Shown piece by piece: positions 39,054 through 48,905 of a stretch of DNA of 64,000 nucleotides. This DNA comes from an uncultured Smithella sp. (GTDB taxonomy: Bacteria; Desulfobacterota; Syntrophia; Syntrophales; Smithellaceae). The DNA lies in assembly GCA_964547345.1 (NCBI GenBank), contig CAZJMX010000012.1, positions 20,710 through 84,709 of the forward strand, read 5' to 3'. A model generated the notes under the pieces. That model was not told where the DNA came from. It saw nothing but the letters and a program-made list of their open reading frames with translations, and searched no databases. The position numbers and the translations under genes were made by a program. The stretch's first letter is position 1. The number at the start of each line of letters is the position of its first letter.

Positions 39054-40289
39054 ATGCAGGATTTAACGTTACTGCAAGAATCATTTGAAAACTTCAACAA
39101 GGCGACGGCCGAACTGGAGCGCGCATACAGCCGTTTGGAAGAGCGCTTTGCGTCCCTCAATCAGGAGCTCGAAGATAAAAATGCAGAGCTCTTAAAAACC
39201 GTGGCGGAAAAAGAGCAAACCAAAAACTACCTGCATAATATTCTGGAGAGCCTGATCAACGGTGTGATTGTGACAGATCTGGAAGGCAGGATTCAAACCC
39301 TCAATGCTTGTGCCGAAACGTTTACAAACGTGCGCCAGGCTGATGTGTCCGGACGTCACATCAGTGTGTTATTTGACTCCATGCCCGCAGGTGACTGGCG
39401 GAACATTAATCTTGCCGAATATTTTAAAGGCGAGTCCGGGCATAAAGTCAAAATCCCCGGGCGGACGCTGGAAATATTCTGCACTCCCTTCAAATCGCCC
39501 GACGGCGAAGCAATCGGCAATGTTTTTGCGCTGCGCGATATTACGCGAACGGAAAAGCTCGAAGAAATGGCCAAACGAACGGAGAAATTCGCGGCAATGG
39601 GTGAAATGGCCGCCAATATCGCCCATGAGGTGCGCAATCCTTTGGGCAGTATTGAACTGTTCGCCTCGCTCCTCTTGAAGAATCTGGCGGAAAAAAGAGA
39701 CAGGGATCGTGTGGTGCAGATTATCTCCTCCGTGAAAAATGTTGATAATAAAATATCCAATCTGCTTTTGTTCACCCGCAGGCAAATGCCGCAGATGAAG
39801 GTGGTTCGCTTGCACCGCATTTTGGCGGATGTGATGAACTTTTCGGAACAGATTATCGAGCAGGCGGGAACGGAAGTTTCGGTGCGGCAAGACGCCAGCG
39901 ATATTCTCATCTCAGCGGACGCCGAAATGATCAAACAGGTCTTTCTGAACATCATTCTCAACGCTCAACAGGCCATGCCGGACGGCGGAAAACTTTTCAT
40001 CACGACGCGGCTTGCTCCTAAGAGCCTTCTCGAACCGGGACAGAAGATTGCCGAGGTGATTTTTGAGGATGCCGGACCCGGGATAGCGCCTTCCGATTTA
40101 TCCAGAATATTCGATCCGTTTTTCAGCACGAAGGAAAGCGGTTCCGGACTGGGGTTGGCCATTGCGCACAACATTGTGAGCGAGCACAATGGCGCCATAT
40201 CCGTGGAGAACGCGCCTTCGGGCGGCATGATCGTCAATATCAGTTTCCCCGCCGTGGCCTGTGGGGGAAAAGCAAGGGAGAGGGACTAA
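39054..40289 (+). CDS. Soluble PAS sensor histidine kinase (FlrB/FleS/FlgS-like)
   Basis: No TM. Coiled-coil plus PAS, H-box AHEVRNPLGSI, HATPase GSGLGLAIAHNIV. Directly upstream of a sigma-54 response regulator and flgB. Confidence 0.85.
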   Translation: MQDLTLLQESFENFNKATAELERAYSRLEERFASLNQELEDKNAELLKTVAEKEQTKNYLHNILESLINGVIVTDLEGRIQTLNACAETFTNVRQADVSGRHISVLFDSMPAGDWRNINLAEYFKGESGHKVKIPGRTLEIFCTPFKSPDGEAIGNVFALRDITRTEKLEEMAKRTEKFAAMGEMAANIAHEVRNPLGSIELFASLLLKNLAEKRDRDRVVQIISSVKNVDNKISNLLLFTRRQMPQMKVVRLHRILADVMNFSEQIIEQAGTEVSVRQDASDILISADAEMIKQVFLNIILNAQQAMPDGGKLFITTRLAPKSLLEPGQKIAEVIFEDAGPGIAPSDLSRIFDPFFSTKESGSGLGLAIAHNIVSEHNGAISVENAPSGGMIVNISFPAVACGGKARERD

Positions 40290-41699
40290 ATGTCTAACAC
40301 GGAGAGATTGCTGGTGGTCGATGATGATTCATCGATGCGCATGGCGCTGTATGAGTCTTTGAGCAGTTGCGGCTATGACGTGGAAACTGCTGAAAACGGC
40401 GCGGACGCGCTGGTTAAATTCAAAAGCGGCCATTTCGCCGGTGTAGTGACTGATATGCGGATGCCCAAAATGAGCGGTATGGATGTTTTAAGAGGCGTGA
40501 AACGCATATCACCGCAGACTCCGGTGATACTGATTACAGCTTACGGAACCGTCAATACGGCGGTGGAAGCGATGAAAGAAGGCGCCTCCGAATTTATCAT
40601 GAAGCCTTTTTCACTCGATGATCTGGAATTTGCCGTGAAAAACGTGCTGGCCGCCAATATTTCGTCCAAATCAGAAAAAGACGAGGATGAAACCGCCACG
40701 GGTGTTTATCCCCATAAAGAAATTATTACACAGGATCCCAAAATTCTGTCGCTTCTGGAGATGCTCAAAAGCGTGGCTAAAAGCAAGTCCAGTATTTTGG
40801 TTCAGGGGGAAAGCGGTACGGGCAAGGAACTCTTTGCGCGCTATGTCTATCGCCACTCGAACCGCCGTCAGATGCCGTTTGTCGCCGTGAATTGCGCGGC
40901 CATTCCGGCACAACTGCTGGAAAGCGAAATGTTCGGTTATGAAAAAGGCGCGTTTACCGGCGCTTCCGTTAAGAAAATAGGGAAATTTGAGCTGGCCGAC
41001 GGCGGAACCCTGCTGCTTGACGAAATATCCGAGATGGATATTCAATTGCAGGCCAAACTTCTACGCGTGATTCAGGAATCGGAAGTGGATCGCTTGGGTG
41101 GCAAAATGCCCGTGCCCATTGACGTGCGCATTATCGCAACGACGAATGCGGATTTGCAAAACCGGATTCTTCAAAAGACATTCCGCAGCGACCTTTATTA
41201 CCGGCTGAATGTCATTCCTGTGATCGTTCCACCGCTTCGGGAAAGAAACGGCGATGTGATCATCCTCGCGGAGTATTTCATTAAAAAATACAGCGAAGTT
41301 AATGAAAAGAAAGAACCGGTTCTCACGGCTCAGGCCAAAGCCCTCCTTCTGGGGCATGCCTGGCCCGGCAATGTGCGCGAACTGGAAAATGTCATGGAAA
41401 GAGCCGTCTTGATCTGTCCTGCTGATCAGATTACCCCCGCCCAGCTTTTCCTGGAGAAAAATGAAGGCAGTCCCGGCAAGTCGCAAGGTTTATCCGCATC
41501 TGAAACGAAGCCGCGTCAGGAAATTGACGAAGATTCGACCAACATGTTGTATGAGATGGAAAAAACCATGATTTATGATACGCTCAACCGCGTGAACTGG
41601 AATAAGACAAAGGCCTCAAAAATACTGGGAATCAGCGTCAGAACCATGCGCAACAAATTAAACGAGTACGGTATAAAAGATATGAATCCTGAAGAATGA
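40290..41699 (+). CDS. Sigma-54-dependent response regulator (FlrC/FleR/FlgR-like)
   Basis: REC (LVVDDDSS...VVTDMRMP), [14 protein letters not shown], Fis-type HTH (ASKILGISVRTMRNKL). Confidence 0.9.
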   Translation: MSNTERLLVVDDDSSMRMALYESLSSCGYDVETAENGADALVKFKSGHFAGVVTDMRMPKMSGMDVLRGVKRISPQTPVILITAYGTVNTAVEAMKEGASEFIMKPFSLDDLEFAVKNVLAANISSKSEKDEDETATGVYPHKEIITQDPKILSLLEMLKSVAKSKSSILVQGESGTGKELFARYVYRHSNRRQMPFVAVNCAAIPAQLLESEMFGYEKGAFTGASVKKIGKFELADGGTLLLDEISEMDIQLQAKLLRVIQESEVDRLGGKMPVPIDVRIIATTNADLQNRILQKTFRSDLYYRLNVIPVIVPPLRERNGDVIILAEYFIKKYSEVNEKKEPVLTAQAKALLLGHAWPGNVRELENVMERAVLICPADQITPAQLFLEKNEGSPGKSQGLSASETKPRQEIDEDSTNMLYEMEKTMIYDTLNRVNWNKTKASKILGISVRTMRNKLNEYGIKDMNPEE

Positions 41700-41705
41700 T
41701 CAGGC

Positions 41706-41721
41706 TGGTATGCGATTTGCA
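41706..41721 (+). promoter_or_regulatory. Sigma-54 promoter of the flgB operon
   Basis: TGGTATGCGATTTGCA, starting 7 nt after the regulator stop and 26 nt before the flgB ATG. Confidence 0.75.
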
Positions 41722-41746
41722 ATTTAATTATCCGAAGGGATGAGGT

Positions 41747-42127
41747 ATGCAACCATTATTCGGAAAAACGTTTAACATGCTGGGCACTCTGATGGATTAC
41801 CGTTCGGAGCGCAACAAGATCATTACCTCTAATATCGCCAACTTGGACACACCGGATTACAAACCGTCCGACTATGTTTTTAAAGACGATTTGTCCAAGG
41901 CCATGGATGCCCGGATTATTTTGAAAAGGACTCACCAGAAACATTTTCCTAATGCCGGGGACGAAATTTCCAAAAACGACTTTAAAATGGTCACCTCCGA
42001 GGAAAAAGTTGATCTCGATACGGAGATGACCAATCTGGCGGAAAATCATTTAATGTATAATTTAACCGTAGAGCTATTGGCGCGTAAGTTCAAAGGGATT
42101 CGCAGTATATTGATGGAGGCTAAATAA
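41747..42127 (+). CDS. flgB: Flagellar basal-body rod protein FlgB
   Basis: 126 aa with ITSNIANLDTPDYKP rod N-terminal motif. Confidence 0.92.
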   Translation: MQPLFGKTFNMLGTLMDYRSERNKIITSNIANLDTPDYKPSDYVFKDDLSKAMDARIILKRTHQKHFPNAGDEISKNDFKMVTSEEKVDLDTEMTNLAENHLMYNLTVELLARKFKGIRSILMEAK

Positions 42128-42552
42128 TGGAATTCTTTACAACGTTTAAAATATCAGGCAGCGGTCTTTCCGCACAGCGCAAGAAAATGGATGTGATATC
42201 CAGTAATATTGCCAACGTGTCCACGACGAGCACGCCGGAAGGCGGCCCCTATAAAAGAAAAATAATGTCTTTTGCCGCAGAACCTCTGGAAAAAGGTTTC
42301 GACTTGGATCTGAAGGACGCAGTCAATGCAGTGAAGGTTGGCCAGATAGCCGATGAAAAAGAAGGATTTAAAAAAGTTTTTGATCCGGCGCATCCCGATG
42401 CGGATAAAGACGGTTTTGTGACGCTGCCCAATGTCAACCTGATGTTGGAGATGACGGATCTGATTACCGCCTCGCGCGCTTATGAAGCCAATGCAACGGC
42501 GTTTGACGCCATGAAAAACATGGCGCTCAAGGCGATGGATATCGGCAAGTAA
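42127..42552 (+). CDS. flgC: Flagellar basal-body rod protein FlgC
   Basis: 141 aa with ISGSGLSAQRKKMDVISSNIANV and C-terminal RAYEAN motif. Confidence 0.93.
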   Translation: MEFFTTFKISGSGLSAQRKKMDVISSNIANVSTTSTPEGGPYKRKIMSFAAEPLEKGFDLDLKDAVNAVKVGQIADEKEGFKKVFDPAHPDADKDGFVTLPNVNLMLEMTDLITASRAYEANATAFDAMKNMALKAMDIGK

Positions 42553-42580
42553 ACATGAATGGTTTTATGGAGTCGACGTT

Positions 42581-42898
42581 ATGACAGATGATATTTTCAT
42601 TCGCAGTAGTTTTGAACCCCTGAAGCCGATTTCGGGCATTGAACCCAAAAAGGCCGAAGGCGACCCATCCCCTCAGGGCGCATCGTTCGGAACGGTTCTG
42701 AAGGATGCGATTCTGGACATCAATAAGCTGCAAAACAACGCGGATCAAGCCATTGCCAAGGTGCAGCTCGAAGACGCAGGCTCGATTCACGACGCGATGA
42801 TCGCACTGGAAAAAGCCGGCATTTCCTTCCAGGTTATGATGCAGGTGCGCAACAAGATTCTGGACACGTATCAGGAAATCATGCGGATGCAGGTTTAA
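42581..42898 (+). CDS. fliE: Flagellar hook-basal body complex protein FliE
   Basis: 105 aa with C-terminal ...HDAMIALEKAGISFQVMMQVRNKILDTYQEIMRMQV. Confidence 0.9.
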   Translation: MTDDIFIRSSFEPLKPISGIEPKKAEGDPSPQGASFGTVLKDAILDINKLQNNADQAIAKVQLEDAGSIHDAMIALEKAGISFQVMMQVRNKILDTYQEIMRMQV

Positions 42899-42910
42899 TC
42901 ATTTTTTAAA

Positions 42911-44458
42911 TTGGATGAAATCATGGATTCCCTTTTACAATCATTATCCAAGCTGTGGGCGGGATTTGAAGCATTAAGTTCCGGCAAAAAAATCTCCATC
43001 CTCATGGTGATTTTAATCACCGCCGCGAGCATCGTGTTGATGGTTTATCTAACGACACAGGTCGAATACCGGGTGCTTTTTTCCAACCTCTCCAATGAAG
43101 ATGCGGGAAACATCGTTGGCAAACTCAGTGAAAAGAAAGTGCCCTATAAGCTGTCGGCATCGGGAAACGCCGTATCCGTTCCGGCGGAACAGGTCTCGCA
43201 GTTGCGCCTCGAACTGGCGGCATCCGGGCTTCCTCAGGGCGGCGGTGTCGGATTTGAAATATTTGACAATAAAACACTGGGCGCAACTGAATTCGAGCAG
43301 CAGCTCAATTACCGCCGCGCCCTGCAGGGCGAGTTGTCCCGCACCATCAACGGGCTGGATGAAATTCAATCCAGCCGCGTGCATATTGCCCTGCCCAAGG
43401 ATTCTTTGTTTACCGAACAGCAGAAGAAACCCACCGCCTCCGTGACGCTTCGTCTGAAATCAGGCAAAAGCCTGAAGACCGCCCAAATCGACGGCATCGT
43501 GCATCTGGTGGCCAGTTCCATTGAAGGTATGAATCCGGCGGATGTCATGGTCGTGGATTCCCGCGGCACAATTCTTTCTGCAAAGCAAAGTGACACGAAG
43601 CTTTCCAAGCTGACCGCCCAGCAGGGCGATTATCAGCGGAACCTTGAAAAAGATCTCGCGGCGCGGATTCAGACCATGCTGGAAAACGTTGTAGGGCCGG
43701 GGAAGGCCGCCGTCCGGGTGAGCGCGGAACTGGACTTCCGCATTACGGAAAAAACGGAAGAAACGTATGATCCCGAAGCCCAGGTGGTTCGTAGTACGCA
43801 GCGCAATTCCGATAAGGAAAATGCAGTGAGCGCAGCGGGTGCGGTTTCCGACAATCCCAAGAAAGAAAAAATCGATGAAATCACCAATTTTGAAATCAAT
43901 AAGGTGGTCAGCAAAACTGTGATGCCGGTGGGTGAAACCAAGAAGCTCTCCATCGCTGTTTTGGTGGACGGCAAGTACAAGAAAAATGAGAAAAACGAAG
44001 AAATCTATGAAGCCTTGAGTAAAAAAGATATTGAATCGATTGAAGATCTGGTGCGCAAATCAGCGGGATTCAACGCCCAGAGAGGCGATCAGGTAGTAGT
44101 CACCAATATGCCTTTCCGGAAAGCGGACGCTGAAGAAGCAGAAGCGGTCAGTTTCAAGGAGACGGTGGAGACGGTTTCGCCGATACTGAAATACGTCGGC
44201 ATTTTCGCGCTGATTGCGTTTATTGTGATGTTTGTTCTGCGTCCGATGCTGCAAAGTGTGATGCGCGGCGCGCCGGTTCGTCCGCTGGCCGAGGTGCGAG
44301 TTGGGGCGGGTGCGGGTGCGGAAGAATATGCCCGGCAGGCGGCGGAAACTATGCGAACGGGGGTTGACCGGCCGCTGACGGAAACGGATCTCGCAAGCGA
44401 AATGGCGAAAGCCGACGCCAAACAATTTGCCGATATTCTGCGCAACTGGATTAAGTAA
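42911..44458 (+). CDS. fliF: Flagellar MS-ring protein FliF
   Basis: 515 aa with N-terminal TM, LRLELAASGLPQGGGVGFEIFD and C-terminal TM. Start is uncertain (TTG 42911 vs ATG 42923). Confidence 0.92.
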   Translation: MDEIMDSLLQSLSKLWAGFEALSSGKKISILMVILITAASIVLMVYLTTQVEYRVLFSNLSNEDAGNIVGKLSEKKVPYKLSASGNAVSVPAEQVSQLRLELAASGLPQGGGVGFEIFDNKTLGATEFEQQLNYRRALQGELSRTINGLDEIQSSRVHIALPKDSLFTEQQKKPTASVTLRLKSGKSLKTAQIDGIVHLVASSIEGMNPADVMVVDSRGTILSAKQSDTKLSKLTAQQGDYQRNLEKDLAARIQTMLENVVGPGKAAVRVSAELDFRITEKTEETYDPEAQVVRSTQRNSDKENAVSAAGAVSDNPKKEKIDEITNFEINKVVSKTVMPVGETKKLSIAVLVDGKYKKNEKNEEIYEALSKKDIESIEDLVRKSAGFNAQRGDQVVVTNMPFRKADAEEAEAVSFKETVETVSPILKYVGIFALIAFIVMFVLRPMLQSVMRGAPVRPLAEVRVGAGAGAEEYARQAAETMRTGVDRPLTETDLASEMAKADAKQFADILRNWIK

Positions 44459-44489
44459 AGAATGAAGGAAATGAGATATTGGGGCAGAT

Positions 44490-45482
44490 ATGACAGGTGA
44501 AGAAAAAGCGGCTATCTTGCTTTTATCGCTCGATGAAGAACTGGCGGCCAATGTAATGAAGAATCTCAGGCCATCGGAAATTCGCCGGTTGGGCAAGCAG
44601 ATGAGCCGGGTCAACAACATTTCCTCGGAAACGATATCTGCGGTCGCCAAAGAGTTTTGTACGATGGCCAAGGATCTGGGCGGCATGATTACCGTGCGAG
44701 ACGGAGCGTCAAAAAATCTGGTAGTCAAAGCTCTGGGTGAGGAAGAGGCGGAAACGATTCTGAGTTCGGTGGAAAGCGGCGTTTTTGACAGTCCGATTAT
44801 TGAGAAGCTCAATGAAATCGATCCGAAGGTCATGGCCGAATTCACCCGCACGGAGCATCCGCAGACGATTGCGCTCATCATGGTTCATCTCAAACCGGAT
44901 AAAGCAGCGCAGGTTTTGGAACACTTTTCTCCGGCCATTCAATATGAAATCACCAAGCGCATGGCGACGCTCAAAAGCGTGCCCCGTGAATTTATCGAGG
45001 AAGTAGCCAAAACGCTGGAAAAGGAACTGATCACCGGCAATTCATCCGACATGCAAATGGGCGGCGCCCAGGTGATTGCTGACATCCTCAATCGGATGAA
45101 CCGCGCCACGGAAAGCGCGATCATGACATCGCTTGAGGATTCCGATCCGGAGCTGGCCGCGCAGATCCGCAACTTCATGTTCAGCTTCGAGGATGTCATG
45201 AAGCTTGACGATAAATCGTTGCAGGAACTGATGAAGGATGTCAGCGCCGAAGATCTGGCGCGCTCACTGAAACTGGTGGAGGAAGGACAGCGCGAACGGA
45301 TATTCAAGAACATGTCCAAACGCGGCGCGGAAATGCTCCGTGAAGAAATATCGCTTATGCCCCCGATCCGTCTTTCGGAAGTAGAGGCCAGTCAGCGGAA
45401 AATTGTCGAAACGACGAAAAAACTCGAATCGGAAGGCAGGATTGTGATTCTTCGCGGGGATGAAAAGGATGGATTCATATAA
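44490..45482 (+). CDS. fliG: Flagellar motor switch protein FliG
   Basis: 330 aa with MTGEEKAAILLLSLDEE... and a C-terminal torque-helix region. Confidence 0.94.
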   Translation: MTGEEKAAILLLSLDEELAANVMKNLRPSEIRRLGKQMSRVNNISSETISAVAKEFCTMAKDLGGMITVRDGASKNLVVKALGEEEAETILSSVESGVFDSPIIEKLNEIDPKVMAEFTRTEHPQTIALIMVHLKPDKAAQVLEHFSPAIQYEITKRMATLKSVPREFIEEVAKTLEKELITGNSSDMQMGGAQVIADILNRMNRATESAIMTSLEDSDPELAAQIRNFMFSFEDVMKLDDKSLQELMKDVSAEDLARSLKLVEEGQRERIFKNMSKRGAEMLREEISLMPPIRLSEVEASQRKIVETTKKLESEGRIVILRGDEKDGFI

Positions 45483-46149
45483 ACGCAATGTAATCAAGGC
45501 CGGTGAAATCGTTAATACGGGCAAGTCTGTTCCTTTATCCGGCGCTGTGAAAAAAAATTCGGCGGTTGATGCAGGCAAGGGAAAAATGTCCGGTGCGGCA
45601 GGACAGGCAAAGGCTCAGGCGCCGGCAGAAAAAAAGAGCGAGGTGACGGAAACCCAGCTCAGCAAGATACGTGAGGACGCTTACGCCAAAGGGCACGCGG
45701 AAGGTCTGAAGTCTCAGAATAAAAATATAGCGACGGCGCTCGACGCGCTGGCCGCAGCAACCAAGTCGCTGCCTCTCATCAAGAAGAGTATCCTGGAAAA
45801 AGGCGAAGAGCAGATGGTCCATCTGGCTTTTGCAATTGCGGAAAAAATTATTCAGCAGGAAGTGGCCACGCGCAAGGATGTGATTCTCGGCGTGCTCAAG
45901 GGTGCGCTTAAAAATGTCGCCGACACGGAAGGCATGAAAATCCGTCTCAATACACAGGATTTCCGTTATATGATGGAAGTGAAAAAAGACTTTCTTCAAT
46001 CTTTCGACGGGATCCGCAATGTCGTCTTTGAAGAAGATTCGTCCATTAAAAGAGGCGGCGCCATGTTGGAAACGATGTTCGGCGAAGTGGACGCCCGTCT
46101 GGAAAACCAGTTGAAGGAAATCAAGGCAGCCATGCTGCATACGAAATAG
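45460..46149 (+). CDS. fliH: Flagellar assembly protein FliH
   Basis: 229 aa in the fliG-fliH-fliI position, with a FliH-like C-terminal domain (…GGAMLETMFGEVDARLENQL). Overlaps the fliG end by 23 nt. Confidence 0.8.
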   Translation: MKRMDSYKRNVIKAGEIVNTGKSVPLSGAVKKNSAVDAGKGKMSGAAGQAKAQAPAEKKSEVTETQLSKIREDAYAKGHAEGLKSQNKNIATALDALAAATKSLPLIKKSILEKGEEQMVHLAFAIAEKIIQQEVATRKDVILGVLKGALKNVADTEGMKIRLNTQDFRYMMEVKKDFLQSFDGIRNVVFEEDSSIKRGGAMLETMFGEVDARLENQLKEIKAAMLHTK

Positions 46150-46165
46150 AATCAGGTGATAAAGG

Positions 46166-47494
46166 ATGTCAATCGAGCCGGCCATTGATCTTACACGATA
46201 TGAAACCATGCTCAAGCGCATCAACCCGATTCGCGTCAACGGGAAGGTGAGTGAAATCATCGGTCTGATGGTTCAAGGGCATGGTCCTGCCGCCTCCATC
46301 GGTGAAGTGTGCGGCATCGTGCCGGTCAACTCGGAGACACCGGTGGAAGCCGAAGTTGTCGGATTTAAAAATGGTCGCGTGCTTTTGATGCCTCTGGAAA
46401 GCATTCAGGGGCTGGGACCCGGCTGTAAAATTCTTTCCATGGGGCGCAAAGCCGCTATTGGCGTGGGGAAGGGATTATTAGGTCGCGTGATCAACGGCCT
46501 GGGAAATCCCATCGACAACAAGGGACCGATTTCTTTTGAAGATGAATATCCCATTTACGCAGATCCGATCAATCCTCTGGAGCGCGGCCGCATTAAGCAA
46601 CCGATGGATTTGGGGATTCGCGCGCTCAACGCCTTGTTTACCTGTGGCCAGGGGCAGAGAATGGGCATCTTTGCCGGATCCGGCGTCGGCAAAAGCGTTT
46701 TGATGGGTATGATCGCGCGCAATACCAAGGCCGATGTCAATGTCATCGGCCTGATCGGAGAACGGGGCCGTGAGGTTAGGGAGTTTCTGGAAAAAAATCT
46801 GGGCGAAGAAGGACTGGCGCGCTCCGTGGTTGTGGTTGCGGCATCGGACATGCATCCTTTGATTCGCATGCGCGCAGCTTATGTGGCCACAACCGTATCG
46901 GAGTATTTCCGCGATCAGGGACGCAATGTTCTTTTGATGGTTGATTCATTGACGCGCTTTGCCATGGCGCAGCGCGAAGTCGGACTGTCCGTGGGTGAAC
47001 CGCCGACCACGAAAGGTTACACGCCGTCGGTTTTCAGTTTGTTGCCGAAACTCCTCGAGCGCTCCGGTATTGTCGAAGGCGTCGGCAGTATTACCGGACT
47101 CTATACAATTTTAGTCGAAGGCGATGATTTCAATGAGCCGATCTCCGATGCGGCCAGGTCCATCCTGGACGGCCATATTTCGCTTTCGCGCTCGTTGGCA
47201 AATAAAAATCACTATCCGGCTATTGACATTTTGCAAAGCATCAGTCGCGTCATGATTGACATTGTCGATGCCGAGCAGAAAAATAGAGCTAACGATGTGA
47301 TGAATATCATCGCAACGCATAAGAAAGCGGAAGATCTTATCAACATTGGCGCATATGTCGCCGGATCCAATCCGGGAATCGATTACGCGATTAAAATGGT
47401 GGATAAGGTCAATGCATTTCTCTGCCAGAATATCGACGAACAAATCGATTTCGAACTGGCAAAAAAGCAGTTGCTGGGATTGTTTAAAGAGTAG
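46166..47494 (+). CDS. fliI: Flagellum-specific ATP synthase FliI
   Basis: 442 aa with Walker A GSGVGKS and a T3SS ATPase fold. Confidence 0.95.
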   Translation: MSIEPAIDLTRYETMLKRINPIRVNGKVSEIIGLMVQGHGPAASIGEVCGIVPVNSETPVEAEVVGFKNGRVLLMPLESIQGLGPGCKILSMGRKAAIGVGKGLLGRVINGLGNPIDNKGPISFEDEYPIYADPINPLERGRIKQPMDLGIRALNALFTCGQGQRMGIFAGSGVGKSVLMGMIARNTKADVNVIGLIGERGREVREFLEKNLGEEGLARSVVVVAASDMHPLIRMRAAYVATTVSEYFRDQGRNVLLMVDSLTRFAMAQREVGLSVGEPPTTKGYTPSVFSLLPKLLERSGIVEGVGSITGLYTILVEGDDFNEPISDAARSILDGHISLSRSLANKNHYPAIDILQSISRVMIDIVDAEQKNRANDVMNIIATHKKAEDLINIGAYVAGSNPGIDYAIKMVDKVNAFLCQNIDEQIDFELAKKQLLGLFKE

Positions 47495-47499
47495 AGATC

Positions 47500-47940
47500 A
47501 TGTTTAAGTTTAAGCTTCAATCTGTTTTGGAATACCGCGTGAACCTGGAGGAAAAAATCCAGGGGGAGTTTTCCGGCGTCCAGCGTTATCTGGCCGAGCA
47601 GAAAGCTATCCTCAAGGCGTTGGTTTCAGAGCGGGAAAAATTGATAAGCGATTTGCGTAATATGCAACAGGTTGCCATGCGGGCGGATGATATTGCAACG
47701 CTCGTGGCCTATGTGGAGGCCATCCGCCATAAAGAAATTGATCAGCAAAACGTTATTCATCAGGCCGAAGAGCAGGTGGAAGCCAAGCGCAAAGAATTGA
47801 TGGAAGCTGTGAAAAACCGCAAGGTCATGGAGAATTTAAGAGATAAAAGCGCAGAAGAATACAAAAAAAACTTCAACGATCTGGAACAGAAAAGTTCCGA
47901 CGAAATGTCTGTTTTAAAATTCGGCAGGAGAGAGACATGA
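47500..47940 (+). CDS. fliJ: Flagellar export chaperone/stalk protein FliJ
   Basis: 146-aa coiled coil. MFKFKLQSVLEYR start is typical of FliJ. Located after fliI. Confidence 0.85.
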   Translation: MFKFKLQSVLEYRVNLEEKIQGEFSGVQRYLAEQKAILKALVSEREKLISDLRNMQQVAMRADDIATLVAYVEAIRHKEIDQQNVIHQAEEQVEAKRKELMEAVKNRKVMENLRDKSAEEYKKNFNDLEQKSSDEMSVLKFGRRET

Positions 47941-48608
47941 AAAAGATCATCATTGTGGCTCAGATTTTAATATTGATTTTGGTGGCTGTGAAAGTCGCGT
48001 CTGTGTTCGGTGTGCTCCAGAAGTTCAATGTAACGGCGGATCAGGGGGTGATTGCATCGACGGCGTTGGCGCAGCCTAAGGCCATTGAGGCGCCGCAGGC
48101 CTCGAAGCCTCAGGCCGATGCGTCCCAGGCAAAGAAGCCTGAGGTGCCGGCCGGTTTCTTTAAGACACCGCCTGTGTCCAAGGACGCAATAGAAGATATT
48201 CTTGTCCAGCAGCGGGATCTGGCCACCGCCCTGGCGTCAAAAAAAGTTGAGCTGGACAATCGTGAGAACGCCATGCGCGCCGATGAACAGCGTTTGGTTG
48301 CCATGCGCAAAGACATTACGGATAAAATTACGATTCTTAAAGCTCAGGAAGAAAAACTTGCCGCTCAGATGGATGCGGCCAAGGAAGAAGATATCAAGCG
48401 CTATAAGGATATGGCGAAAGTCTATGAAAACACGCCGCCCGCCAAAGCCGGCCCCATGATGGAAAAGCTTGATATCAAGACGGCGGCAGGCATCACCATG
48501 AATATGAAGAAGGACAAAGCCGGCGCTTTATGGGCCTATATTACCCCGCAAAAAGCGGTTGATATCACCCGCGAAATCACACGCGCCGGCGGGTACAAGA
48601 GTGAGTAA
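47937..48608 (+). CDS. MotE/FlbB-like flagellar protein (TM + coiled coil + MgtE_N-like C-terminus)
   Basis: 223 aa with N-terminal TM, Gln/Ala/Pro linker, coiled coil and a C-terminal PPAKAGPMMEKLDIKTAAGI segment. Overlaps the fliJ stop (ATGA). Confidence 0.5.
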   Translation: MKKIIIVAQILILILVAVKVASVFGVLQKFNVTADQGVIASTALAQPKAIEAPQASKPQADASQAKKPEVPAGFFKTPPVSKDAIEDILVQQRDLATALASKKVELDNRENAMRADEQRLVAMRKDITDKITILKAQEEKLAAQMDAAKEEDIKRYKDMAKVYENTPPAKAGPMMEKLDIKTAAGITMNMKKDKAGALWAYITPQKAVDITREITRAGGYKSE

Positions 48609-48675
48609 ACAGTCCGTTAGGCTGTAGACTGTTAGGATACACCGTGGCGTTTTGCGCTACATCATAAAATAATAA

Positions 48676-48708
48676 AGCCAAGACACTGCGTGCAGTGTCT
48701 TGGCTTTT
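48676..48708 (+). terminator. Rho-independent terminator ending the flgB-fliJ operon
   Basis: AGCCAAGACACTGC / GCAGTGTCTTGGCT 14-bp stem followed by TTTT. Confidence 0.85.
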
Positions 48709-48857
48709 CCAACTGAAGTTTCCAGTCTAACAGACTAAAGCCTATCTAGCTTTTTTTTCCTTCCCAGACCGGAACATTTTTCCCGATCATCAGGTGTCGT
48801 CAACCTTATATGTTTTTAATATATTGATATCATTAGTAATAAATCAATTAAGCTTGC

Positions 48858-48873
48858 TGGCATGTCTCTTGCT
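48858..48873 (+). promoter_or_regulatory. Sigma-54 promoter of fliK-flgD-flgE
   Basis: TGGCATGTCTCTTGCT, 33 nt upstream of the fliK ATG. Confidence 0.78.
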
Positions 48874-48905
48874 TTTTGGTCTATTAAAATAGATGAGAGG
48901 TTTTT

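Noticed and set aside
44060-44881. 273-aa minus-strand ORF antisense to fliF/fliG. Similar long antisense or out-of-frame ORFs: 45535-46260(-), 16793-17458(-), 18230-18892(-), 62985-63689(-), 21241-21864(+), 39356-39961(-), 6602-7156(+), 55250-55768(-), 55789-56454(+).
   Set aside because: Each lies fully inside a confidently identified gene on the opposite strand or in another frame. Their sequences are low-complexity and Arg/Ser/Gly/His-rich, with no recognisable motifs, SD sequences or operon logic. They are typical shadow ORFs.
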